Source: an uncultured Bacteroidales bacterium | GTDB taxonomy: Bacteria > Bacteroidota > Bacteroidia > Bacteroidales > UBA932 | NCBI GenBank assembly: GCA_946187975.1 | Contig: CAMHTE010000001.1 | Span: 726 to 64,725, forward strand | DNA: 64,000 nt | Reading direction: 5' to 3' | In this document: in pieces, positions 1-8,978 of the stretch | Layout: each line of letters begins with the position of its first letter | How positions within the stretch are numbered: the stretch's first letter is position 1 | Notes under the pieces: model-generated | What the model saw: only the letters and a program-made list of their open reading frames with translations | What the model was told of the DNA's origin: nothing | The model's database searches: none | Program-made: the position numbers and the translations under genes

Positions 1-2
1 GC

Positions 3-104
3 AACGACACCGCTGAAGGCCGTGCCCAGAACCGCCGCGTTGAGGTTTACATCACCGCCAACGAGGCTATGATCGCTGCCGCAGAAGCCGGAACCCTCAA
101 ATAG
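3..104 (+). CDS. OmpA family protein, C-terminal fragment (truncated at window edge)
   Basis: Frame 3 reads NDTAEGRAQNRRVEVYITANEAMIAAAEAGTLK*; N-x-T-x-E-G-R-x-x-N-R-R-V-E is the OmpA C-terminal peptidoglycan-binding motif. Confidence 0.85.
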   Translation, partial: NDTAEGRAQNRRVEVYITANEAMIAAAEAGTLK

Positions 105-107
105 TCC

Positions 108-1919
108 GTGTCCGGAATACGGTACATAAAACTGATACTCCCACTCCAGCTGGAGTGGGAGCCTTGTTATAGTACCGACTCCTCCGCCGTACGCGTCGGG
201 GACAGGGTGGGCGTCAGCTTCGCCCATCGTAGTTATATAGGTGTGGTGTCGGAATGCGACGTTACGCCTGATGTGGAGCCGTCCCGCATCCAGCCCATTA
301 ACAATGTCTCCACCGGACTTGCCCCCGTGAGTGCGGAAGAGCTTGCCCTCTGGCGCTTCATAGCCGATTATTACCTGTGCACCGTGGGCGAGGTGTACAA
401 AGCCGCCTACCCGTACGGAAAGACCGCCGCCGAAGAGACTGGGGCCAGATCCGTCCGACAGCGCCAGTTGCTGGAACGGAAGACGGAAGAACTCTGGCGG
501 GTGCGCATCGCCAGGCTGCGCGCTCGGCTGGAGGCAAAGGATGCATCCCTGGCCCGCAGGCACAGGGAAGACGTACTTGCGAGGCTAAAGGCACAGAGGG
601 ACGCAATCCTTCAGGAACTGGCCGAAGCGGAAAGCCGCCTCAACTCCATAAGCAAACCCCTGTCCCTCAGCCAGGACGGCTCGGCGGTTCTACCGGATAA
701 TCTCAGGGACCTCCGGCCCGACGTTCCTCTCGCCACAACGCTTGGAGCCGGAAAACCAGTACTTCTGATATCGTCCGACCGCTATTCGCACTACGTAAGG
801 CTTGCAGCCGCCCAGCTGGTTCGCGGGCGCAACGTTCTCATACTGGTTCCAGAGACGGCCCTCGCACGCGAGCTCCAGGAACGCATGCAGGAGACCTTCG
901 GGGACCTGCTTCTGGTAAACCACTCGTCCATGACCCAGGCGCAGAGGCGCAGGATAGCCGATGCGATACGCTCCGGACGCCAATACGTACTGCTCGGCAC
1001 CCGCTCAGCCATCTTCCTCCCCCATAGGGAACTGGGCCTCGTAATTGTCGACGACGAACAATCGCCCTTCTATAAACAGACCGACGGCGCTCCGCATTAT
1101 AATGCGCGCGACTGCGCCGTTCAGCTCTCCCTTATTCATGGGTGCGGAGTTCTTCTCGGGACATCCTCTCCATCGCTGGAATCGCTGCTCAACGCACGCA
1201 CAGGCAAGTATACGGCCATTAAGAAGGCCATGTCCGGCGGAGGCAGCATGCAGATTATAGACATCCCTGCCGAAAGGCGCAAGAACGGCTTGGTCGGGGC
1301 TTTCTCACGTAAGTTGATGCAAGCGGTGAAGGAACTCCCTGAGGGCGGAAAGACCGTTTACATACGGGGATTCGAGCGGCGCGAAGAACTCCCTGAGGAC
1401 GCCGACGTCCTTTCCATCCCCCAGGCGGCAAGGAGCGACCTGAGCGGATACAGCCTGGTTGCTATGCTCAGCGCCGACGCCCTCTTCGATGCAGCCGACT
1501 TCCGCTCCGACGAAAGGGCTTTCCAGTACATCGACGCGCTCAGGAACGCCTGTCCGCAGGTAATAATCCAGACCTCCCAAAGCGCCCATCAGGTATTCCG
1601 TTTGAAGGATCCTTCGCCCCTGCTGGAAGAAAGACGGAACTTCGGTCTTCCGCCCTATACCCGTCTGGTCGATGTGCTGATAGCTGCGGGGCAGCGGTCC
1701 GCGGAGTTTGCCGACAAACTGTCAAAGCTTCTTCCGAAGCAAGGGTTCAACGCAATGCCAGCACTGCCTGCACAGCAGGGAAAGACCAGGATACGGGTAA
1801 TCCTGCCGAAGGATAAGAAATTAAAGGACAATAAATTACGCCTCCGCAGCGTGGTTTATGGCTTGAAAGCCGACCTTCACTTCGGAGGCAGTGTAATCCT
1901 GGATGTAGACCCCGCCTGA
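108..1919 (+). CDS. priA: Primosomal protein N' (PriA), degenerate helicase form
   Basis: N-terminal 3'-DNA-binding domain (GDRVGVSF..WRFIADYYLC), LGTRSAIFLP..GLVIVDDEQ..YKQ..APHYNARD, DFRSDERAFQ, ERRNFGLPPY, C-terminal LDVDP; lacks Walker A and the Cys-rich region. Confidence 0.85.
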   Translation: MSGIRYIKLILPLQLEWEPCYSTDSSAVRVGDRVGVSFAHRSYIGVVSECDVTPDVEPSRIQPINNVSTGLAPVSAEELALWRFIADYYLCTVGEVYKAAYPYGKTAAEETGARSVRQRQLLERKTEELWRVRIARLRARLEAKDASLARRHREDVLARLKAQRDAILQELAEAESRLNSISKPLSLSQDGSAVLPDNLRDLRPDVPLATTLGAGKPVLLISSDRYSHYVRLAAAQLVRGRNVLILVPETALARELQERMQETFGDLLLVNHSSMTQAQRRRIADAIRSGRQYVLLGTRSAIFLPHRELGLVIVDDEQSPFYKQTDGAPHYNARDCAVQLSLIHGCGVLLGTSSPSLESLLNARTGKYTAIKKAMSGGGSMQIIDIPAERRKNGLVGAFSRKLMQAVKELPEGGKTVYIRGFERREELPEDADVLSIPQAARSDLSGYSLVAMLSADALFDAADFRSDERAFQYIDALRNACPQVIIQTSQSAHQVFRLKDPSPLLEERRNFGLPPYTRLVDVLIAAGQRSAEFADKLSKLLPKQGFNAMPALPAQQGKTRIRVILPKDKKLKDNKLRLRSVVYGLKADLHFGGSVILDVDPA

Positions 1920-1935
1920 CGCGGGGCTTTTTTAT
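1910..1935. terminator. Hairpin terminator between convergent priA and NamZ-like gene
   Basis: CCCCGC-CTGAC-GCGGGG followed by a T run. Confidence 0.6.
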
Positions 1936-2990
1936 TTGATCCGCACCGGGGAATCTTCGTAAAGGACGAAGCGGCGGGCCTTGCGTATCCACTTCTGTTC
2001 CTCGGACTTAACATGCTCCTCGACTATATCGAAGGTGATTCCTCCCTTCAGGTATTCTTCCATTACGGGATCGGCCAGACGCCCGTAGAGGCTCTCCGAT
2101 ATATGGAACTGCGAATAATGCTCTCCGAACCAGCGCATCAGCTGAACCGTATGAAGCAACGAATGGTAGGCGCTGCCGGGAGTAAGGATAAACTGGTATC
2201 CGAAGCACTGCTCCCCCTCGTACAGCCCTGCCATGGGCACGAATGAGCATGGACGCGCCAACACTCCCGCAGGCAGCGGAATGGTGTTTCCTTCGGTCTT
2301 GATGAAAGGAGCTCCTATAAACTCGTAAGGACGTCCCGTGCCTATGCCGGGGGTGATGTTAGTATCCGTCCAGAGGCTGCCTCCCGAATAGAAGTACGGC
2401 GTAAACACGCCGGGGAAATCGCTTGCTGGAGGGATGGTCCAGGGCATCAGGGTACGTGCGGTAGCGGAAAGATCCGCCGAGATGACGTGCAGGGCCAGTC
2501 GCGGGCAGGTTTCGCCCACATACATCTGGCAGAGTTCACCGAGGGTCAGTCCATGCCTGTGTGCAGCCGCGGGGACCCACTGGTCGGTCTCCCCAGCTGG
2601 CATCGACCCCTCAACGAAACGCCCCGCCGGATTGGGGTGGTCTACCACGTAAAGCGCCGGAGGATTCTCGAGGGTATCCAGGGTCGAGATGAGCCTCAAC
2701 ACATCCACCGTAAAGGGGAAATACCTGGAACCTACGTCCTGTATCTCCACAACCACGGCATCGAGATCTTTCAGCTCATCAACGTCAAACGCTATGTGCG
2801 ATGTGCCGGGAAGGGCATCCGCTTCGGGCAGGAAGATCCGTGCCAGATTGCCGCGCTCACGGAAAAGCTCGTACAGATAGCGTCCCGACGCAGCGTCCCA
2901 GCAGCCAGGAGTGCAGAAAACTCCGACCTTGCCGTCGAGCAGGGCCCTGTCGAGCTGGTCGCCTATGGGAGTGGTACGGAACGAGAACAT
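1932..2990 (-). CDS. DUF1343 / NamZ (exo-beta-N-acetylmuramidase)-like protein, divergent
   Basis: EIQDVGSRYF, DHPNP, HRHGLTLGEL, GT-x-RPYEFIGAP motifs; 1-nt TGATG overlap with glmM. Confidence 0.75.
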   Translation of the reverse strand: MFSFRTTPIGDQLDRALLDGKVGVFCTPGCWDAASGRYLYELFRERGNLARIFLPEADALPGTSHIAFDVDELKDLDAVVVEIQDVGSRYFPFTVDVLRLISTLDTLENPPALYVVDHPNPAGRFVEGSMPAGETDQWVPAAAHRHGLTLGELCQMYVGETCPRLALHVISADLSATARTLMPWTIPPASDFPGVFTPYFYSGGSLWTDTNITPGIGTGRPYEFIGAPFIKTEGNTIPLPAGVLARPCSFVPMAGLYEGEQCFGYQFILTPGSAYHSLLHTVQLMRWFGEHYSQFHISESLYGRLADPVMEEYLKGGITFDIVEEHVKSEEQKWIRKARRFVLYEDSPVRIK

Positions 2991-4402
2991 CAGCCTATTA
3001 TCTTTTTGGCGAGCGACACGACTTCCTCACCCAGGGCAACCGCTCTCTCTTCGGTGGGAGCCTCGGAATAAACACGGATGATGGGTTCGGTATTGGAACG
3101 GCGCAGGTGTACCCACTCACGCTTCTGCTCGAAGTCGACTTTCACACCGTCTATGGTATTCACCTTCTCTGCTTTAAACATCTCCTTCATCGCTTCCAAT
3201 ATCTTGTCTATCAGCGCTTTGTCGCTTAAATCTATGCGGTTCTTGGCTATGAAGTACTGCGGCAGAGTCTTCTTGTATGCGCTCACGCTCATACCTTTGT
3301 GCGCCAGATTGCTCAGGAAGAGGGCCACTCCCACCATGGCGTCGCGTCCGCAGTGGCTCGCAGGGTAGATGACACCCCCGTTGCCCTCTCCGCCGATAAG
3401 CGCGCCTACCTTGTGCATGAGGGTAGTGACGTTCACTTCGCCCACCGCAGATGCATGATAGGTACCTCCGTGGGCCTCGGTAACGTCGCGCAGGGCACGG
3501 CTCGATGAGAGGTTGGAGACGGTTGCAAGGTTCTTCTTCCCCGCCTTTACGGCCTCGTCGAGAAGATAGTCGGCTACGGCCACGAGGGTATATTCCTCCA
3601 CGAAGGGCTGTCCATCTTCGCAGATAAAGGCCAGTCGGTCCACATCCGGATCCACGCTTATGCCAAGGTCGGCCTTTTCGCGCACGACCGTGTCGCACAG
3701 AGCGGTGAGGTTCTTGGGAAGAGGTTCCGGATTGTGGGCGAAATCACCCGTGGGCTCACCGTAAAGAGTTATGCATTCTACCCCAAGGCGCTTCAGGAGC
3801 CTCGGCATTATGATGCCTCCCACCGAATTGATGGCGTCCAGCACCACCTTGAAGTGCGCTGCGCGTATGGCTTCGGCATCCACCGCCTCAAGGGCCAGCA
3901 CAGAGTCGATATGCTCGTCGGTGAAGTCGTGGTCGGTTATAGTGCCGAGTTCGTCAACCTCGGCAAAGTCGAATTCTCCCTTTTCGGCGCAGTCGAGTAT
4001 GGCCTGTCCCTGTTCAGCCGTAAGGAACTCGCCGTGCTCGTTGAGCAGCTTGAGGGCGTTCCACTGGCGTGGATTGTGGGATGCGGTTAAGATGATTCCG
4101 CCATCGGCGCCGCTGAACACGACAGCCAGCTCCGTAGTGGGAGTGGAAGCGAAGCCGCAGCGGATGACGTCCACCCCGCAGGCAATGAGGGTGCCACAGA
4201 CGAGCTGTTCCACCATCTGTCCGCTGATACGGGCGTCACGGCCTACCACAACCTTGTAACGGGCTCCGTTCGGCTGCTTGCGTTTGCGCAGTTCCGAGCA
4301 GTAAGCGTATGTAAACTTAACTATATCTACAGGTGTAAGTGCATCTCCCGGGCGGCCTCCTACGGTGCCTCTGATGCCGGAAATGGATTTAATGAGAGTC
4401 AT
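2990..4402 (-). CDS. glmM: Phosphoglucosamine mutase
   Basis: MTLIKSISGIRG start, TASHNP phosphoserine loop, DPDVDR metal loop, GGEGNGG, RRSNTEP; start moved to ATG 4402. Confidence 0.9.
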   Translation of the reverse strand: MTLIKSISGIRGTVGGRPGDALTPVDIVKFTYAYCSELRKRKQPNGARYKVVVGRDARISGQMVEQLVCGTLIACGVDVIRCGFASTPTTELAVVFSGADGGIILTASHNPRQWNALKLLNEHGEFLTAEQGQAILDCAEKGEFDFAEVDELGTITDHDFTDEHIDSVLALEAVDAEAIRAAHFKVVLDAINSVGGIIMPRLLKRLGVECITLYGEPTGDFAHNPEPLPKNLTALCDTVVREKADLGISVDPDVDRLAFICEDGQPFVEEYTLVAVADYLLDEAVKAGKKNLATVSNLSSSRALRDVTEAHGGTYHASAVGEVNVTTLMHKVGALIGGEGNGGVIYPASHCGRDAMVGVALFLSNLAHKGMSVSAYKKTLPQYFIAKNRIDLSDKALIDKILEAMKEMFKAEKVNTIDGVKVDFEQKREWVHLRRSNTEPIIRVYSEAPTEERAVALGEEVVSLAKKIIG

Positions 4403-4406
4403 AGCG

Positions 4407-4414
4407 CAAATATA
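4407..4414 (-). promoter_or_regulatory. Bacteroidota -7 promoter box for glmM
   Basis: TATATTTG on minus strand, 4 nt before the ATG. Confidence 0.7.
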
Positions 4415-4416
4415 AT

Positions 4417-4448
4417 AAAAAAAGGACAACGGCCTTGCCGCTGCCCCT
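4417..4448 (-). terminator. Intrinsic terminator after rpmE2
   Basis: Minus strand GGGCAGCGGC-AAG-GCCGTTGTCC followed by a T run. Confidence 0.7.
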
Positions 4449-4468
4449 TATTATCCTGAGGAAGAAAC

Positions 4469-4720
4469 TTACTTCTTCCGTGCCTTGTATCTCTGATAGA
4501 ACATATCAACACGACCGGCGGTATCGACGATTTTGGTCTTTCCGGTGTAGAACGGATGAGACGTGTTGGAGATCTCAACCTTTACGAGGGGATACTCGAC
4601 TCCGTCAACAGTGATGGTCTCCTTGGTGGTGGCGCAACTCCTGGTGATGAAGATGTCCTCGTTTGACATATCCTTGAATACTACAAGACGGTAGGATTCG
4701 GGATGGATTCCTTGTTTCAT
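4469..4720 (-). CDS. rpmE2: 50S ribosomal protein L31 type B (Zn-free form)
   Basis: [37 protein letters not shown]. Confidence 0.95.
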   Translation of the reverse strand: MKQGIHPESYRLVVFKDMSNEDIFITRSCATTKETITVDGVEYPLVKVEISNTSHPFYTGKTKIVDTAGRVDMFYQRYKARKK

Positions 4721-4748
4721 TTTAATAAGCTTATTATCTAGAATCTTG

Positions 4749-4820
4749 TAGTGGGTAGGAGAATCGAACTCCTATTGCGAGATTGAGAATCTCGAGTACT
4801 AACCGTTATACGAACCCACC
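4749..4820 (-). tRNA. tRNA-Glu(CTC)
   Basis: GGTGGGT/ACCCACT acceptor, CGAGA-TT-CTC-AA-TCTCG anticodon arm, AGGAG-TTCGATT-CTCCT T-arm; TATCTTTG promoter at 4839-4846. Confidence 0.95.
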
Positions 4821-4899
4821 ATTGTTTTTTTGGGACTGCAAAGATAGAGAAATTCCCGGAACTGACAAATTTTTTTACATACATTTTATATCTTTGTGT

Positions 4900-6762
4900 A
4901 TGATTTCATTCGTAGTTACCACGCTCATACTCCAGCTGTTGGCCGTCCATCCCGCTTCCGGGGACGGGGGCCGTACCCTCACCATGAAAGAAGCCGTCCG
5001 AAGCCAGGCCGTCTACCCTCAGATGCGGCAGTGGCACTGGGAGGGAGACCACAATCTTTGCGAAGGCCGCGCGAAGGTGGGAAAGCGCGTGTGGAAGCTG
5101 CCGGAAGTGGATGCGGAAGGGATAGTCATAGGTGAGACCGTCTCCCGTAACGAGTTCGGGATCTCGGCAGGGGTATTCCCTTCAAACAAAGGCGACAGGA
5201 TAGCCGTTTACCGCAAGGACGAGAGCACTGTAACCCTCTTCCCCCTGCTGGATATAAGCACGCGTACAGGGTCCCTTAAGAGCATACGCTACCCAATGAA
5301 CGGCATGGCTTCCGAAAAGCTCAGCCTGCTGGTGTGCGACACACTGGGGCATGTCCTTTCTACCATCATACCGACTGAATTCACCGACGAAAGGTATCTT
5401 ACCTGCATCAGCTGGAGTCCGGACGACAAATACATCTTCATTCAGGTTCTGGACCGCAGCCAGCACGACCTGGTGCTCAACCAGTACCGCGCAGCCGACG
5501 GCTCCTTTGTCCGCACTATACTGAAAGAGCATAACGACTCCTGGGTGGAGCCCCAGGATCCCCTGCATTTCATCAAGGGACGTTACGACTTCATCTACCG
5601 CACCGACAACCGCGACGGCTGGAAAAACCTCTATCTCTGCGACACTCTGGGAACAGTGCGCCGCCTGACGGCCGTGGCTGCCGACGTGCAGTATGCCGCC
5701 AATGACGGACGCTACGTATACTATACCTCGGCGGAGGTCTCTCCCATAGAGAACCATCTCTTCCGCATAGACCTCGGCAGGCGCTACCGTTCCGCAGCAA
5801 GGGCGAAGTTCGGCCGGCCCCAGAGGCTCACCCCGGAGGAAGGATGGCACAGCGTGAGCTTCAGCCCCGATTGCACCCGCTTCCTGGATAGATGGAGTTC
5901 GTTCAATGTTCCCGGCAGGATTGCCGTCCGTTCGGCTGACGGCAGCAAGACAGAAATGCTAGCCGAAGCACCCGATCCCCTGGCAGATTTCGCCCAGTGT
6001 GAGGTCAGCCTCGGCAAAGTGCCTTCGGCAGACGGAAAGTTCGACAATTACTACCGACTATACAAGCCACTGGGCTTCGATCCTTCGAAGAAGTATCCCC
6101 TGATAGTTTATGTTTACGGAGGGCCTCATTCACAGATGGTACGCAACACCTGGCTGGGAAGGATACGTATGTGGGAGATGCTGATGGCCCAGCGCGGATA
6201 CGTGGTTTACGTGCAGGACAACCGTGGCACAGCCAACAGGGGTGCGGAGTTCGAGAAAGCCATCAACCGCCGCTGCGGAAAGGCCGAGGCGGAAGACCAG
6301 ATGGCCGGCCTCAACGAACTTCTGAAGCAGCCCTGGATAGACCGCGACCGCATCGGAGTGCACGGCTGGAGTTACGGCGGATTCATGACCATAACCCTCA
6401 TGACTGAACATCCGGACGTATTCAAATGCGGCGTGGCGGGTGGCCCCGTCATAGATTGGAAGTGGTACGAAGTGATGTACGGCGAGCGCTACATGGACAC
6501 CCCCGAAACCAATCCCGAGGGCTTCGAGGCAACATCCCTCATAAACAAGGCCGAGAAACTTCAGGGCAAACTACTGATCTGCCAGGGAGCCATCGACAAT
6601 ACTGTGGTTTGGCAGCACAGCCTGAGTTTCGTTCAGCGCTGCATCGAACTCGGCACCCAACTCGACTACTTCCCCTATCCTATGAGCGAGCACAACGTCT
6701 TCGGCGACTGGCGCATCCACCTCATGGATAAGGTTACGGATTATTTCGAAAGGAATCTTTAA
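4900..6762 (+). CDS. S9B (DPP-IV family) peptidase, prolyl tri/dipeptidyl peptidase-like
   Basis: Signal peptide, RNEFGI, VYGGPHSQ, GWSYGG nucleophile, YGERYM, DNTV, EHN; true start ATG 4900 (ORF-track extension overlaps the tRNA). Confidence 0.9.
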   Translation: MISFVVTTLILQLLAVHPASGDGGRTLTMKEAVRSQAVYPQMRQWHWEGDHNLCEGRAKVGKRVWKLPEVDAEGIVIGETVSRNEFGISAGVFPSNKGDRIAVYRKDESTVTLFPLLDISTRTGSLKSIRYPMNGMASEKLSLLVCDTLGHVLSTIIPTEFTDERYLTCISWSPDDKYIFIQVLDRSQHDLVLNQYRAADGSFVRTILKEHNDSWVEPQDPLHFIKGRYDFIYRTDNRDGWKNLYLCDTLGTVRRLTAVAADVQYAANDGRYVYYTSAEVSPIENHLFRIDLGRRYRSAARAKFGRPQRLTPEEGWHSVSFSPDCTRFLDRWSSFNVPGRIAVRSADGSKTEMLAEAPDPLADFAQCEVSLGKVPSADGKFDNYYRLYKPLGFDPSKKYPLIVYVYGGPHSQMVRNTWLGRIRMWEMLMAQRGYVVYVQDNRGTANRGAEFEKAINRRCGKAEAEDQMAGLNELLKQPWIDRDRIGVHGWSYGGFMTITLMTEHPDVFKCGVAGGPVIDWKWYEVMYGERYMDTPETNPEGFEATSLINKAEKLQGKLLICQGAIDNTVVWQHSLSFVQRCIELGTQLDYFPYPMSEHNVFGDWRIHLMDKVTDYFERNL

Positions 6763-7721
6763 GCTTCCGTCCCGAGCTTTTCCCGCAGATGGCGTATCAT
6801 ATCGCGGGTCATGCTCTTAAGATTGTAGGCGGGGGTCCAGCCCCACTCCTTGCGTGCGCATACGTCGTCCATCCTGTTGGGCCATGAATCTGCGATTGCC
6901 TGACGGACGGGGTCGATGCGGTACTTCATCTTGAATTCCGGGATCTCCTTACGTATGGCCTCGTACAGTTCCTCGGGATCGAAACTCATGCTGGCGATAT
7001 TGAAGGCGTTGCGGTGCACCAGATAGCGCGGATCCGCCTCCATGATATTTATGGCAGCCTTCAGGGCATCCGGCATATACATCATATCCATGTAGGTGCC
7101 TTCCGCGATGGGGCAGTAGTAGGTCTCCCCTTTCACCGCGGCGTAGAAAATCTCAACGGCATAATCGGTGGTGCCTCCACCGGGCAGGGTCTTGTACGAA
7201 ATCAGTCCCGGGAAACGGACGCTGCGGGTATCTACCCCGTACCTGTGGTAGTAATAATCCGAAAGCAGCTCGGTAGCCACCTTGGTAACGCCATACATGG
7301 AAGTAGGACGCTGGATAGTATCCTGAGGAGTATTGTCACGGGGTGTGTCCGGTCCGAAGGAACCTATGGAACTGGGCGTGAAGACCGCACAGCGCTTCTC
7401 GCGCGCCACTTCCAGCACGTTCAGCACACCGTTCATCTGTATGTCCCAGGCCTTGAGCGGAAGACGCTCGGCCGTTGCCGAGAGAAGCGCCGCAAGGTTA
7501 TAGATCGTGTCGATGTCGTACTTGTCGACCGCTTCAGCGATCTGGTGCGCCATTACCACGTTTACAATTTCGCAGGGGCCGCTTTCGAGCAGGTCTCCCG
7601 TGGGTTCCGCTCCCGGAATGTATCCGGCTACGACAGTTCCCTGATGATACTGCTTGCGGAGTTTCATTGTAAGCTCGGAACCTATCTGGCCTGTGGCACC
7701 TATGACAAGTATGTTTTTCAT
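6759..7721 (-). CDS. L-threonine 3-dehydrogenase (SDR/epimerase type)
   Basis: GATGQIG, LAALLSA, YGVTK, PGGGTTDYA, MMYMPD, ADSWP; divergent from kbl. Confidence 0.85.
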   Translation of the reverse strand: MKNILVIGATGQIGSELTMKLRKQYHQGTVVAGYIPGAEPTGDLLESGPCEIVNVVMAHQIAEAVDKYDIDTIYNLAALLSATAERLPLKAWDIQMNGVLNVLEVAREKRCAVFTPSSIGSFGPDTPRDNTPQDTIQRPTSMYGVTKVATELLSDYYYHRYGVDTRSVRFPGLISYKTLPGGGTTDYAVEIFYAAVKGETYYCPIAEGTYMDMMYMPDALKAAINIMEADPRYLVHRNAFNIASMSFDPEELYEAIRKEIPEFKMKYRIDPVRQAIADSWPNRMDDVCARKEWGWTPAYNLKSMTRDMIRHLREKLGTEA

Positions 7722-7786
7722 CGTGTGGTTTCCAATATCGCTGCAAATTTACTATTTTTGTTGTAATTGTATTACACCACAGCACT

Positions 7787-8977
7787 ATGTACGGCAAATT
7801 CCAGGACTATCTCCGCAGCGAACTCAAAAACATAGAGGACGCCGGGCTTTATAAACGCGAACGCACCATCTGCTCTCCCCAGGGAGCCGAAATCACACTG
7901 GCCGACGGCAGCAAGGCACTGAACTTCTGCGCCAACAACTACCTCGGACTCTCCGACAACCCCAGGCTCATAGCGGCGGCAAAGAAAGCCATGGACGAGC
8001 GCGGATACGGCATGAGTTCCGTACGCTTCATCTGCGGCAAGAGCGATATCCACGAGCAGCTTGAGAAAGCCATCTCGGAGTTTTTCCATACGGAAGATAC
8101 CATACTTTACGCCGCCTGCTTCGATGCCAACGGCGGCGTGTTCGAACCTCTGCTGGGGCCCGAGGATGCAATTATCTCCGATGCCCTCAACCACGCCTCC
8201 ATAATAGACGGCGTAAGGCTTTGTAAGGCAGTGCGTTATCGCTATGCCAACGCCGATATGGAAGAGCTCGAGAAATGCCTCATACAGGCCCAGGAGCAGC
8301 GTTTCCGCATAATAGTTACCGACGGTGTTTTCAGCATGGACGGCAACGTAGCCCCCATGGACAAAATATGCGACCTGGCCGAGAAATACGACGCCCTCGT
8401 GATGGTGGACGAAAGCCATTCCGCCGGAGTGGTGGGAGCCACGGGCCGCGGAGTAGCCGAGCAGTTCGGGCTCTACGGACGCATCGACATCCACACGGGC
8501 ACCCTCGGAAAGAGCTTCGGAGGCGCAGTGGGAGGGTTTACCACCGGACGCAAGGAGATAATTGAGATGCTCCGCCAGCGCTCCAGGCCCTACCTCTTCA
8601 GCAACAGCCTGCCTCCCATGGTCTGTGCGGCCGGACTCGAGACCTTCAAGATACTCTCCGAATCGAACGAACTGCACGACCGTCAGCAGGAGAACGTGCG
8701 CTATTTCCGCGAGAAGATGCTTGCCGCAGGCTTCGACTGCAAACCCACGCAGAGCGCCATCCTCGCAGTAATGCTCTACGACGCCCCTCTGAGCCAGAAG
8801 TTCGCCGCCCGCATAGCGGAAGAAGGCATCTTCGTTACAGGATTCTATTATCCGGTAGTTCCCAAGGGACAGGCACGCATACGCGTGCAGATTTCAGCAG
8901 GCCACACACGCGAACAACTCGACCGTGCAGTCGCGGCCTTCATCAAAGTCGGAAAGGAACTGGGAGTCCTGAAATAA
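7787..8977 (+). CDS. kbl: Glycine C-acetyltransferase (2-amino-3-ketobutyrate CoA ligase)
   Basis: NFCANNYLGL, SVRFICG, GTLGKS (PLP Lys), RSRPYLFSN, GQARIRVQ. Confidence 0.95.
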   Translation: MYGKFQDYLRSELKNIEDAGLYKRERTICSPQGAEITLADGSKALNFCANNYLGLSDNPRLIAAAKKAMDERGYGMSSVRFICGKSDIHEQLEKAISEFFHTEDTILYAACFDANGGVFEPLLGPEDAIISDALNHASIIDGVRLCKAVRYRYANADMEELEKCLIQAQEQRFRIIVTDGVFSMDGNVAPMDKICDLAEKYDALVMVDESHSAGVVGATGRGVAEQFGLYGRIDIHTGTLGKSFGGAVGGFTTGRKEIIEMLRQRSRPYLFSNSLPPMVCAAGLETFKILSESNELHDRQQENVRYFREKMLAAGFDCKPTQSAILAVMLYDAPLSQKFAARIAEEGIFVTGFYYPVVPKGQARIRVQISAGHTREQLDRAVAAFIKVGKELGVLK

Positions 8978-8978
8978 A

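Noticed and set aside
108-1919. priA as a pseudogene
   Set aside because: No stops or frameshifts, both termini are intact and the deletions are in frame; kept as a finding instead
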